From: an uncultured Oscillospiraceae bacterium
GTDB lineage: Bacteria; Bacillota; Clostridia; Oscillospirales; Acutalibacteraceae
Assembly (NCBI GenBank): GCA_902472305.1
Contig: CABRNK010000004.1
Coordinates: 15,395-79,394, forward strand
Reading direction: 5' to 3'
DNA: 64,000 nucleotides
Made by a program: the position numbers and the translations under genes. This document shows positions 1-9,285 of the stretch, in pieces (the stretch's first letter is position 1; every line of letters begins with the position of its first letter). A model generated the notes under the pieces. That model had not been told where the DNA came from, ran no database searches, and was given only the letters and a program-made list of their open reading frames with translations.

Positions 1-869
1 ATTGCATTGTCTTCGCGGCCGACGGCGAAAAAGGTGGGCGGATAGACGACGCCGGTGTAATCCACCGAGACGCCGGCGAACCGGGGGCCGTACACGCAGA
101 TGAAAGCGTCCGGCGCGCCGCAGAATGCGTCCAGCGCATCGGGCGTATAGCCGGGAAAATGATCGGCCACCTTTTTTTCGCCCGAATAGTGGAGGATGCA
201 GGCCTCGCCGGTGACGCCGCCGTTCGAGTACCCGGCAAAGGCGATGCTGTGCGGGTCGATCCTGTACTTTTCCGCGTCGCGCCGGATGATGCGGATCGCC
301 CTCGCGGCGTCCGCGCCGCATTCCTTTTCGCACCACGGGTTATGGTTCGGGCGGTTGTTGAGCATGAAGGCCTGATACCCCATTGCGAGAAAATCGAGGC
401 AGTTCTGGTATCCCTCCGGCAGGGAGCAGGCGCCGTGGTCGCCGCCGGCGCAGACGACGACCGCTCCTTTCGGCTGCACGTCGTCGGGCAGGAGCAGGGC
501 GTACATGTGCGGCACAAAATCCGGGTCGTGATTGTAGCGGTATGCGCTGTTGTCGGTGTAATCGGTCAGCGTGGGAACCCCGCCCTGCGGCCAAAGCTCG
601 ATGCGCTGCGGCGCACCGGGCTTTTTTCGCATGCCCGCGCGCTTTTTAGAAAAGGCTGCGATCCGCTCGGCGCGCTCTGCCTCGGGGCAGCGGTAGACGG
701 CTTCGTTCAGACGGTAGAGCTCGACGAGATCCTCCGCCGGGTAGCAGGGGGCGTCCTCGAAGATCTCCACCGCGGCGTGCTCCTCCGGTCCGAACACGGC
801 CTTGATGCCGCGGGCCTGCTCGAACATTTTGGTGAGAAAATCCTGCATGGCGTCGTTTTTGACTGGCAT
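1..869 (-). CDS. alpha/beta hydrolase (esterase/lipase-like), partial; 3' end runs past window start
   Basis: Unlisted minus-strand frame reads MPVKNDAMQDFLTKMFEQARGIKAVFGPEE... continuously from the ATG at 867-869 to the window edge. Nucleophile-elbow-like GYSNGG motif. GGAG RBS 7 nt upstream. The listed + ORF 159..932 is its antisense shadow. Confidence 0.6.
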   Translation of the reverse strand, partial: MPVKNDAMQDFLTKMFEQARGIKAVFGPEEHAAVEIFEDAPCYPAEDLVELYRLNEAVYRCPEAERAERIAAFSKKRAGMRKKPGAPQRIELWPQGGVPTLTDYTDNSAYRYNHDPDFVPHMYALLLPDDVQPKGAVVVCAGGDHGACSLPEGYQNCLDFLAMGYQAFMLNNRPNHNPWCEKECGADAARAIRIIRRDAEKYRIDPHSIAFAGYSNGGVTGEACILHYSGEKKVADHFPGYTPDALDAFCGAPDAFICVYGPRFAGVSVDYTGVVYPPTFFAVGREDNA

Positions 870-1049
870 AAAATCACTCCGTTCTGCTGTTTCTTTGTGA
901 AAATTGGGGTCTGCATACGCTGCAATCAATAGGGGGATTCAAAGGGGGATTTGAGAAATTTTAGATTATTTTAGTGCTGAAACTGCGCGCTTGTTGGCGA
1001 AATAGTACCATATAATTCTGCGTTTGTCAAATTTTTAGTGAAAAGAAGG

Positions 1050-1078
1050 TTGACAAACCGCTAAAACTAAACTAAAAT
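1050..1078 (+). promoter_or_regulatory. sigma-A-like promoter (TTGACA-17-TAAAAT) for the 1307 gene, with 9-bp inverted repeat GTTTGTCAA...TTGACAAAC (1022-1030 / 1050-1058)
   Basis: Motifs read directly; spacing is 17 nt; the inverted repeat overlaps the -35. Confidence 0.3.
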
Positions 1079-1306
1079 ATTTATTTAAGTTTAGAAGATT
1101 TCAGCAAGCGCCGCGCAAAGCCGCGGTTATCCCGAAAATGCCCCGGAAGCCGCCTGCGTGTACGCACGCTGCATACAGGCGCCCGCCTGCCGCGTCTTTT
1201 GCCGTGCGGCAGGCTGCCGGACACAGGAGAGGACCGCCCCGTGCCGGGAAGGCCGGAGGGGGCGGAAAATATACCATCAAAATCATGGAGAGGAAGAGGA
1301 TACGCT

Positions 1307-2764
1307 ATGATCACCGAAATGAAGAAAATTCCAATCACGGAGGAGAGCCGTCCCTTTGCCACGGCGCTGAAGGTCTGCCCGCTGGAGACGCTCGGTTACG
1401 TGGAGGAGGAGTTTTTCCAGACGGGCACGGCCAACGTCTACCGGGAGGGCGAAGGCGCCCCCGTGGCAGAGATCGCCGACGCGCCGTACACCACCCGCCT
1501 TTTGGTCCGCCGGCCGCGCGACCCGGAGAAATTCAGCGGCAACGTCGTGATTGAGATCCTAAACGCCTCGGCGATGATGGATATCGACCGCATCTGGGTC
1601 AACACATGGCGGTATTTTACCCGGCACGGCGATATTTACATCGGCATCACCAGCAAGGGGCATGTTGTGGATGCGCTCAAGGGCTGCGACCCGGCGCGCT
1701 ATGCGGCGATCAACTGGGCGAACCCGGCGCCGGAGCGCGTTCCCAGCGAGGCTGTGCGCAGCAGCCGGTTCGGCTTTTTGCCGCAGTACGAGCAGGGGCT
1801 TTTTTGGGATATGCTCATTGACCTCGCAAAGCTGCTGCGGACGGATTCGCCGCTGAACCCGATCGCGGGCTTCGGCAGGGCGTGGCTCTATCTTTCGGGG
1901 TGGTCCCAGTCGGGCGCTTATCTCTCCCGCGTCGTCAACAGTTTTGCCTATCTGCCGGAAAACTGCGGGGCGGGCCCGCTGTTCGACGGCTATCTGAATG
2001 CCGGAAGCGGCGCCTCCAACGCGCCGCTGAATGCCTACGAGCCGTTTGGCACGCCGTTCCAAAGAGGGCGGCCCGCCGCAAGCCTGCTCTGCACGAAGGA
2101 GCCGTGCATCGCGGTGAATACGGAGAGCGAAAACCGCAGCACCTTCTGGTACGGCGATTTCGACGAGCCGAGCTGCAAATTCCGCACGTGGCAGATCCCA
2201 TGCTCGAGCCACGACAGCCTCTATAACCTCGTGACATACTACCGCCTCGGCTACGGCACGGAGAGCCTGCACCGCCTCGGCCGCGAGCTGGAATGGGAGG
2301 GATATCAGGGCGAGGCGCTGGACACGCCGTATTATTTCGTGTTCCATGCGGCCTTTGAGGCGCTTTACCACTGGGTGCGCGAGGGGATTCCCGCGCCGCA
2401 TGCGCCGAAGATCGAGACGGAAATGACATATGCCGCCACAGACCCCACCGGCGTTCAGGCAGCGAACCGGACGGATTCATTCGGCAACGCGCTGGGCGGC
2501 ATCCGCTATCCCGCGGCAGACTGCCCCACGTCGGTCTGCCAGAGCTACACCGTCCGCGAGGACGGCGGCCTCCAGCAGATGTTTGGCACGGAGTACCCGT
2601 TCCCGCCGGAGAAGCTGAAGGCGGTGTACGGCGATCTCGGCCATTACCGCGCGCTGGCGGAAAAGAGCGCCGACAACGCGGTCGCCCACGGCTGGATTTT
2701 GGCGGACGACCGGGATGAGCTGGTCCGCATTGCGGTCGAGACGGCCGCACGCCGCGGCCTGTAA
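1307..2764 (+). CDS. conserved hypothetical protein, alpha/beta-hydrolase-like fold (paralog of 7755..9218)
   Basis: ATG at 1307 (MITEMKKIPITEE...) preceded by GGAGAGGAAGAGGA. About 486 aa. Motifs RRPRDPEKFSGNVVIEILNA and LSGWSQSG. Strong paralogy to the ORF at 7755. Confidence 0.7.
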   Translation: MITEMKKIPITEESRPFATALKVCPLETLGYVEEEFFQTGTANVYREGEGAPVAEIADAPYTTRLLVRRPRDPEKFSGNVVIEILNASAMMDIDRIWVNTWRYFTRHGDIYIGITSKGHVVDALKGCDPARYAAINWANPAPERVPSEAVRSSRFGFLPQYEQGLFWDMLIDLAKLLRTDSPLNPIAGFGRAWLYLSGWSQSGAYLSRVVNSFAYLPENCGAGPLFDGYLNAGSGASNAPLNAYEPFGTPFQRGRPAASLLCTKEPCIAVNTESENRSTFWYGDFDEPSCKFRTWQIPCSSHDSLYNLVTYYRLGYGTESLHRLGRELEWEGYQGEALDTPYYFVFHAAFEALYHWVREGIPAPHAPKIETEMTYAATDPTGVQAANRTDSFGNALGGIRYPAADCPTSVCQSYTVREDGGLQQMFGTEYPFPPEKLKAVYGDLGHYRALAEKSADNAVAHGWILADDRDELVRIAVETAARRGL

Positions 2765-2780
2765 CCGCAGAAAACTGAAA

Positions 2781-2819
2781 AACGGCTCTCAGCCTAGCGG
2801 GCTGGGAACCGTTTTTTTG
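2781..2819. terminator. bidirectional intrinsic terminator between convergent genes
   Basis: Imperfect GC hairpin cggctctcagcc..gggctgggaaccg followed by a T7 run. Confidence 0.4.
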
Positions 2820-2885
2820 TTGTATTCGGCAAAGCCGGGGAGCGGTCGCCGCGTGAAGAAGCGGCCCGGCGCGGGAGCTTGCCGG

Positions 2886-3890
2886 TCAGCGCAGGGGCTT
2901 GCCGCCGCGGACGACGAGCTGCGTGCCGATGCGCACATGGCAGCAGGGGCAGCCGTCCTCCTGAATCAGCCGCAGAAGCAGCCGGAGCGCCTCGCGCCCG
3001 CGCGTCTCGGAGCGGATGTCGATGGAGGAAAAAGCGTAAGGCGAGGGGATGCGCCCGCCGAGGTTGTCGAAGCCGATGATCCGAGGGCCCTGCGCCGCGC
3101 CCTGCCGGCGTTCGGCCAGCAGGGGCAAGAGCGAAAAGGCAAGATAATCGGAGGAGAAGAAAAGCGCGTCGGGCGCATCGGCCGCTTCCTCGAGCTTTCG
3201 GCAAAAGACCTCGGCTTCCTGATGCGCGGGGAGATAGAGCCAGAGGGGCTGCAGCCCCTTTTCCTCCATCCAGCGCATATAGGCCTCGCGGCGCTCCCGC
3301 TCATTCCGGTGCATGTGGCCTCCCTGCGGCTCGACGAAGGCGGGGCGGCGGCAGCCATGCGCGTACAGCCAGTCCAGCCCCTGCATCATACCGCCCTCGT
3401 TGTCGATGGAGACGGAGCAGACCGGCTGGCCGGGGAGCGCGTGGTCCACCAGCACCACGGGGATATGCAGGGCAAACAGCGCGTCAAGCTGCCCGGCGGA
3501 GAGCAGCGGGGCGTTGAACAGAAGGACGCCCGCGCAGTCCCGCAGTGCCTCGGTGTTCAGCGGGTTGTCCGCGTCCCAGTATTGAATGGTCGTCACGCAG
3601 TTTTCCCGCGAGGCCAGATCCAGAATGCCGCGCTGCAAATCCATGAAAATATAATCGGTTCCCGATGTGCCGCTGAACAGGGGACCCGCGGCGGTTCTGC
3701 AAAACAGGAGGAGGATCCGGGTGGCGGGCGCAGCGCTTTTTTTCACCTGATAGCCGGCGGCCTCCACCTCGGTCAGGATTCGGCTCCGGGTCTCGTCCGA
3801 AAGGCCGGGCCTGCCGTTGATGGCGAGCGAGACGGCGGAAACGCTTACGCCGAGCCGCTCCGCCAGCTCCTTTAATGTGAGTTTTCCCAT
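2886..3890 (-). CDS. LacI family transcriptional regulator
   Basis: N-terminal HTH MGKLTLKELAERLGVSVSAVSLAING, then a periplasmic-binding-fold body; 334 aa. Confidence 0.85.
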   Translation of the reverse strand: MGKLTLKELAERLGVSVSAVSLAINGRPGLSDETRSRILTEVEAAGYQVKKSAAPATRILLLFCRTAAGPLFSGTSGTDYIFMDLQRGILDLASRENCVTTIQYWDADNPLNTEALRDCAGVLLFNAPLLSAGQLDALFALHIPVVLVDHALPGQPVCSVSIDNEGGMMQGLDWLYAHGCRRPAFVEPQGGHMHRNERERREAYMRWMEEKGLQPLWLYLPAHQEAEVFCRKLEEAADAPDALFFSSDYLAFSLLPLLAERRQGAAQGPRIIGFDNLGGRIPSPYAFSSIDIRSETRGREALRLLLRLIQEDGCPCCHVRIGTQLVVRGGKPLR

Positions 3891-4118
3891 AGTTTCACCG
3901 CAATTTTAGTAGAGTATAGTTTTTATAATAATGCCATAAAATGTCCGGGAGGTCAACTGCGTTTTGCGCCTGCACGGGGCGGAAGGCAAAACGAATAACT
4001 AAAACTTTACAAAATATTTTACAAAACCGTAATGGGCGAGAAAATGAGCTAAATTAAAACACAAGAGAACATCTGAAAATAAATTGACTAAAAAATACTG
4101 TTTTTTCTCAAAAAACTA

Positions 4119-4159
4119 TTGACTTGTTCGGGTTTGCGTGGTATTGTTTGCTTGCAAAC
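4119..4159 (+). promoter_or_regulatory. promoter (TTGACT-17-TATTGT) with overlapping palindromic operator candidate GTTTGCttGCAAAC (4146-4159)
   Basis: Read directly in the divergent intergenic region between the LacI gene and the ABC operon. Confidence 0.35.
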
Positions 4160-4266
4160 TAAAATTTCACATAAATATTAACTAAAATAAGCGAAAAACA
4201 AGCAGAAAAAACCCGCAAAACATTTATGTGAAATTCAGTTGCAAAAAATATTTTGAGGTGAACAAA

Positions 4267-5748
4267 ATGAAAACGACCCCCAAGATCATTGCAATGCTGA
4301 TGGCGCTTGTGCTCTGCGGCTCGCTGCTTGCCGGCTGCGGCGGAGACGGCGGCGCCGAAAGCTCGGCGTCCGGTCAGAATGCGGGCGCATCTGCCGCGGA
4401 GGACGGCGCGTACACCATTACGATGGCGTACATCGGCAGCGAGCAGCCCAATGAGGAAAGCGTTTTGGCTGCGGTTCAGGAGCAGGTCAAGGCGGATACC
4501 GAGTTTAATCTCGAGCTTATCCAGCTCGGCTTCGGCGATTACCAGCAGAAGCTGAACCTGATGCTTTCGGGCGGCGATAAGCTGGATGTTTTCCCGATTG
4601 GCCCGGGGCTGGCCGGCACGTACAAAAACGCCGGGCAGCTTGTGGAGCTCACGGAGCTCATCGACACGCACGGTCAGGGGATCGTGGAGCTTATGGGCGA
4701 GGACGTCGCCAAGAGCGGCTCGCTCAACGGCTTTGTCATGCGCAAGGACGTTGTGGAGGAGCTGGGGATCGACGTGGAATCCATCAACACGATGGACGAG
4801 ATGACGGCGGTGTTCGAGCAGGTGAAGGCGGCGCACCCGGAGCTGGACTGCGTTGCGGGCACGAATCTGGTCATCGGCACCGCGATGTGGGACACGCTGG
4901 GCGACAGCTTCGGCGTTCTGATGGACTGCGGCAAGGACCGGGAGGTCACGAACCTCTTTGAGAGCGAGGAGTACCACAAACGCGTTTCGCGCATCCACGA
5001 CTGGTACCAGAAGGGCTATGTGAAGCTGGACGCCGCCACCTCCACGGAGACGACGCAGAACCTGATGAAATCCGGCTCTCTCTTCTGCTACATGTCGTCC
5101 ATCAAGCCGGGCTTTCTCGTGCAGGAGGAGGCCGCGACCGGCATGGAGCTCGTCACAACGTATATCGACAACGACGACGGCAGCATGGCGAATATCATCT
5201 GCACCGGCAATGTGAACTACTTCGATTGGGGCATTGCCGCGCAGTCTGAGGACCCGGAAAAGGCCATGGAGTTTTTGAACTACATCTACACGAGCCCCGA
5301 ATGGAACAACCTGATGAACTTCGGCATCGAGGGTCAGGATTACGTCCGCGTGGAGGAAAGCGACGTTCTGATCGACTATCCCGAGGGCACGGACGCTTCC
5401 TCTGTATACCACCTGAACATGGGCTGGATGCTGCCGAACCAGTTTATCGGCTATGTTTGGAACGGCCAGCCGGAGGATATCTGGGAGCAGTATCAGGATT
5501 TCAACGCGTCGGCCACGTATTCCGTCGCCTTCGGCTTCCTGCCGGATACCTCGTCCCTCGCGACGGAGCTGACCGCGCTGTCCAGCGTCAACAGCGAGTA
5601 CAATAACGCGCTGGTCACCGGCTCCGTATCGAATGTGGATACCGCCCTCAGCGAGTTCAACGAAAAGCTGTATGCGGCGGGCCTGCAAAAGGTGATGGAC
5701 CTCAAGCAGGAGCAGCTCGACGCGTGGTTTGAGGCGCAGGGCAAGTAA
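4267..5748 (+). CDS. sugar ABC transporter substrate-binding lipoprotein (CUT1 family, LplA/YtcQ-like)
   Basis: MKTTPKIIAMLMALVLCGSLLAGCGG lipobox. About 490 aa SBP. RBS GAGGTG. The ATG at 4228 is unlikely because it lies upstream of the RBS. Confidence 0.85.
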   Translation: MKTTPKIIAMLMALVLCGSLLAGCGGDGGAESSASGQNAGASAAEDGAYTITMAYIGSEQPNEESVLAAVQEQVKADTEFNLELIQLGFGDYQQKLNLMLSGGDKLDVFPIGPGLAGTYKNAGQLVELTELIDTHGQGIVELMGEDVAKSGSLNGFVMRKDVVEELGIDVESINTMDEMTAVFEQVKAAHPELDCVAGTNLVIGTAMWDTLGDSFGVLMDCGKDREVTNLFESEEYHKRVSRIHDWYQKGYVKLDAATSTETTQNLMKSGSLFCYMSSIKPGFLVQEEAATGMELVTTYIDNDDGSMANIICTGNVNYFDWGIAAQSEDPEKAMEFLNYIYTSPEWNNLMNFGIEGQDYVRVEESDVLIDYPEGTDASSVYHLNMGWMLPNQFIGYVWNGQPEDIWEQYQDFNASATYSVAFGFLPDTSSLATELTALSSVNSEYNNALVTGSVSNVDTALSEFNEKLYAAGLQKVMDLKQEQLDAWFEAQGK

Positions 5749-5869
5749 GGCCGTAGGAAAGAGGAAAAGGGCGGAGCCTCCTGCAAAACGGTTCGGGAGG
5801 CGCCGCCCGTCTTTATCAAGCAGGAGCCGGAGGGCGGAAACGCCGGCCCTGCCGCTGTGAGGTGCAACA

Positions 5870-6814
5870 ATGGCAACAAATATCGCTGTGAAAAAGAAGG
5901 GCTCCAAGGCGGAGCGGATCAGGCGGTGGCTGCCGCTGTATCTGATGATGCTGCCCGGCGCGCTGTATCTGATCGTCAACAACTATCTGCCGATGGCCGG
6001 TCTGGTCATCGCCTTTAAGCAGGTGGATTTTAAAAAGGGCATTTTCGCGAGTGACTGGGCGGGCCTGAAAAACTTCGAGTTTTTGTTTGCCAGCGACGAC
6101 GCCGCGCTGATCACCCGGAACACACTGCTGTACAATCTCGTTTTTATCGTGCTGAATACGGTGCTCGGCATTCTGCTCGCGATCTTCATCTGCGATGTGG
6201 CGAGCAAGAAGCTGAAAAAAATCTACCAAAGCGCCATTTTATTCCCGTTTTTGATGTCCATGGTGATCGTCGGCTACATCGTGTACGCCTTTTTCAGCAT
6301 GCAGAGCGGCATTGTCAATAAGACCATTCTCCCCGCACTGGGAATGGACCCGATCTTCTGGTACAACGAGCCGAAATACTGGCCGGCGATTTTGATTTTC
6401 GTCAATGCGTGGAAGGGCGTCGGCTATGGATGTCTCATCTATATTTCGTCGATCAACGGCATCGATCCCACGTACTATGAAGCCGCAGAGCTGGACGGCG
6501 CAGGCAAGCTCAAGCAGATCTGGCACATCACGCTGCCCTGCATTCTGCCCTCCGTGATCACGCTGACGCTGCTCAATATCGGCAGGATCTTCTATTCGGA
6601 TTTCGGCCTGTTCTATCAGGTGCCCCGCAATTCCGGCATGCTCTTCTCCACGACGAATGTCATCGATACCTACGTGTACCGCGGGCTGATGCAGCAGAAC
6701 AACATCGGCATGTCGTCTGCCGCGGGCTTTTACCAATCCATCGTCGGCTTTGCGCTCGTCCTGATCTCCAATCTGGTTGTGCGCAGGGTCAGCAGAGAAA
6801 ACGCCTTGTTCTGA
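5870..6814 (+). CDS. sugar ABC transporter permease (LplB/YtcP-like)
   Basis: Six-TM permease with the EAAELDGAG signature. Confidence 0.85.
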   Translation: MATNIAVKKKGSKAERIRRWLPLYLMMLPGALYLIVNNYLPMAGLVIAFKQVDFKKGIFASDWAGLKNFEFLFASDDAALITRNTLLYNLVFIVLNTVLGILLAIFICDVASKKLKKIYQSAILFPFLMSMVIVGYIVYAFFSMQSGIVNKTILPALGMDPIFWYNEPKYWPAILIFVNAWKGVGYGCLIYISSINGIDPTYYEAAELDGAGKLKQIWHITLPCILPSVITLTLLNIGRIFYSDFGLFYQVPRNSGMLFSTTNVIDTYVYRGLMQQNNIGMSSAAGFYQSIVGFALVLISNLVVRRVSRENALF

Positions 6815-6831
6815 GGCGGGGAGGAAACATC

Positions 6832-7728
6832 ATGGCTAAAAGAAACAGAGGCTACCAAATCATGATCAACGCGGTGATGCTGCTGGTCGTCGTCACGGTC
6901 GTTGTGCCCTTCCTGCTGCTGTTCATGTCGTCGATCACGGACGAAAACACGCTGCTCGTAAACGGATATTCCTTTTTCCCCGAAAAGTTCAGTCTGGGGG
7001 CGTATGCGTACATCTTCCGCTCCGGCGATAAAATTTTCCGTGCCTACGGGATGACCGTGCTCGTCACACTGTTCGGCACGCTCGTGAACGTGACCCTCTC
7101 CGCGCTGTTCGCCTATCCGCTGTCCCTGAAGAACCTGCCGGGCAAGCGGGGCATCACGTTTTTCGTGTTCTTCACGATGCTTTTCAACGGCGGCCTCGTC
7201 CCGTCCTACATCCTGTGGTCGAATTACATCGGGGTCAAGGATTCGATCTGGGGCCTGCTGCTGCCCGGCCTTCTGATGAGCGCGATGAATGTGCTTTTGA
7301 TCCGCACCTATTTTTCGACGAGCATTCCCGACACGCTCTTCGAGGCCGCGGAAATCGACGGGGCGGGCCAGATGACGATTTTTGCGAAGATCGTACTGCC
7401 GCTCGGAAAGCCGATTCTGGTGACGATCGGCACCTTCTCCGGTCTCGCCTATTGGAACGACTGGACAAACGGCCTGTACTACATCACAAAGCGCACAGAG
7501 CTTTTCACTATCCAGAACCTTTTGAACCAGATGGTGTCCGATTTGCAGTTCTTGTCTCAAAATGCCGGAAACGTGTCCTCCGACGTCGCGCTCGAGCTTT
7601 CGAAGGTGCCGTCCACCGGCGTGCAGATGGCGATCGCCTTTGTGGCGATTCTGCCGATCATTTTGATTTTCCCGTTCCTGCAAAAGTATTATGCCAAGGG
7701 TATTGCATTGGGCGCGGTGAAAGGGTAA
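6832..7728 (+). CDS. sugar ABC transporter permease (LplC/YteP-like)
   Basis: EAAEIDGAG signature; AGGCGGGGAGGAAAC RBS. Confidence 0.85.
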   Translation: MAKRNRGYQIMINAVMLLVVVTVVVPFLLLFMSSITDENTLLVNGYSFFPEKFSLGAYAYIFRSGDKIFRAYGMTVLVTLFGTLVNVTLSALFAYPLSLKNLPGKRGITFFVFFTMLFNGGLVPSYILWSNYIGVKDSIWGLLLPGLLMSAMNVLLIRTYFSTSIPDTLFEAAEIDGAGQMTIFAKIVLPLGKPILVTIGTFSGLAYWNDWTNGLYYITKRTELFTIQNLLNQMVSDLQFLSQNAGNVSSDVALELSKVPSTGVQMAIAFVAILPIILIFPFLQKYYAKGIALGAVKG

Positions 7729-7754
7729 GATATTTTATATAGGAGGATTTCATC

Positions 7755-9218
7755 ATGATTACAGAAATGCGGCTGGTTCCGGTCACGGCGGATTCCCATC
7801 CGTTCGCATCGGCACAGTTCCACTGCAGGCTGTCGGAAATCGGCTATACGGAGGAGGAATACTTCCTCTCGGGCACGGCGAATGTCTATGAGGAGGGCGA
7901 AAATAACCGCCCGGAAATTATTTTCCGGGACGCCCCGTACACGACGCGCGTCCTGATCCGCCGGCCGGCCGACAAGAGCCGGTTCAGCGGCAACGTGGTG
8001 GTCGAGGTGCTCAACGCCACGGCGATGATGGACATCGACCGCATGTGGGTGAACAGCTGGAAGCATTTTACCCGCAGCGGCGACGTTTACGTCGGCATCA
8101 CAAGCAAGGGGCACGTGGTCGATGCCCTCAAGCGCTTCGACCCCGCGCGCTATGCGCCGATCAGCTGGGCGAACCCCATGCCGGAGCGGGCGATTCCGCC
8201 CTTTGCCAAGGGGCCGTTCCCGTTCCTCGCGCAGTATGAATCCGGCCTGTTCTGGGACATGCAGGTGGAGCTCGCGCGGCTCCTGCGGTCGGAGGATGCG
8301 AAGAACCCGCTGGCCGGCTGGGGAAAGCGCTATCTGTACCTTACCGGCTGGTCCCAGTCCGGCAGCTATCTGTGCCGCATCGTGAAATCCTTTGCATATC
8401 TGCCGGAAAACACCGGAAACGGCCCGCTGTTCGACGGCTATCTGGCGGCGGGCTGCCGGGCGGACGTGGCGCCGATGAATGCCTACGAGGCGCCGAAAAC
8501 GAACATCATGCACTGCGACGGATGGCCGGCAGGCAGCGTCATGGGCGCGCGAGAGCCGTACATCAATATCAACACGGAGAGCGAGAACCGTGTCGCGAAC
8601 TGGATCGGGGACAGCGACCAGCCCGACTTCAAATTCAGAACCTACCAGATCCCGGCCTCCAGCCACGACTCGCGGTACAGCTTGATCGACTACTATGCCG
8701 GGCAGGGGCAGGCGGACTGCAAACGCATCGGCATGGAGCTCGGCTGGCGGGGCTGTGAGGGCGAGCCGCTCGGGAATCCCTTCGAGCTCGTGTTCAACGC
8801 TGCGTTCCGCAATCTGTACGCTTGGGTGCGCGGCGGCGTCCCCGCGCCGCATGCGCCGCGGATCGAGACGGAATACACCGATGCGGCGCACGCCGATACG
8901 CTTGGCGCGTGGCTGCGCAATAAGACGGACTGCTTCGGAAACGCGCTTGGCGGCATCCGCACGCCCGGCATCGACTGCCCGGCCGGCGTGTATTCGAGCG
9001 ACAGCAGGACGGCGGACGGCGGCTGGCAGCTTTTGTTCGGGCAGTTCGTGCCATTCCCGGCGGAAAAGCTGAAGACGATGTACGGCTCCGCGCAGCAGTA
9101 CAGGGCGCTGGTGGAGCAGCGGGCTGACGAGATGATCGCGCAGGGCTTCCTCGTGCCGGAGGACCGCGCGGAGATGATCGAGGCCACCGTGCAGATCGCA
9201 GTCCGCTGCGGCCTGTAG
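7755..9218 (+). CDS. conserved hypothetical protein, alpha/beta-hydrolase-like fold (paralog of 1307..2764)
   Basis: AGGAGG RBS then ATG MITEMRLVPV...; 487 aa. Collinear similarity to the 1307 protein, including LTGWSQSG and the C-terminal VPAPHAPRIETE. Confidence 0.75.
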   Translation: MITEMRLVPVTADSHPFASAQFHCRLSEIGYTEEEYFLSGTANVYEEGENNRPEIIFRDAPYTTRVLIRRPADKSRFSGNVVVEVLNATAMMDIDRMWVNSWKHFTRSGDVYVGITSKGHVVDALKRFDPARYAPISWANPMPERAIPPFAKGPFPFLAQYESGLFWDMQVELARLLRSEDAKNPLAGWGKRYLYLTGWSQSGSYLCRIVKSFAYLPENTGNGPLFDGYLAAGCRADVAPMNAYEAPKTNIMHCDGWPAGSVMGAREPYININTESENRVANWIGDSDQPDFKFRTYQIPASSHDSRYSLIDYYAGQGQADCKRIGMELGWRGCEGEPLGNPFELVFNAAFRNLYAWVRGGVPAPHAPRIETEYTDAAHADTLGAWLRNKTDCFGNALGGIRTPGIDCPAGVYSSDSRTADGGWQLLFGQFVPFPAEKLKTMYGSAQQYRALVEQRADEMIAQGFLVPEDRAEMIEATVQIAVRCGL

Positions 9219-9285
9219 GCCCGGCAAAGGCGGCGTGTCCGGCCCGCAGAAAAAACACAAGGCAAGGGAAAAAACAGGAAAATAT

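Noticed and set aside
159-932. 257-aa + strand ORF at the window start
   Set aside because: Arg/Ala/Val-rich low-complexity translation. It is the antisense shadow of the minus-strand alpha/beta hydrolase gene, which has a clean esterase-like sequence, RBS and start at 867-869.
5749-5869. Hairpin gcctcc..ggaggc between the SBP and permease genes as a riboswitch or attenuator
   Set aside because: It has a short stem with a 14-nt loop and no T-run. It is more likely a weak partial terminator giving SBP > permease stoichiometry, and there is not enough evidence for a regulatory RNA.
4159-5982. 607-aa minus ORF across the SBP gene
   Set aside because: Antisense artifact; the plus-strand SBP has a lipoprotein signal and family similarity.
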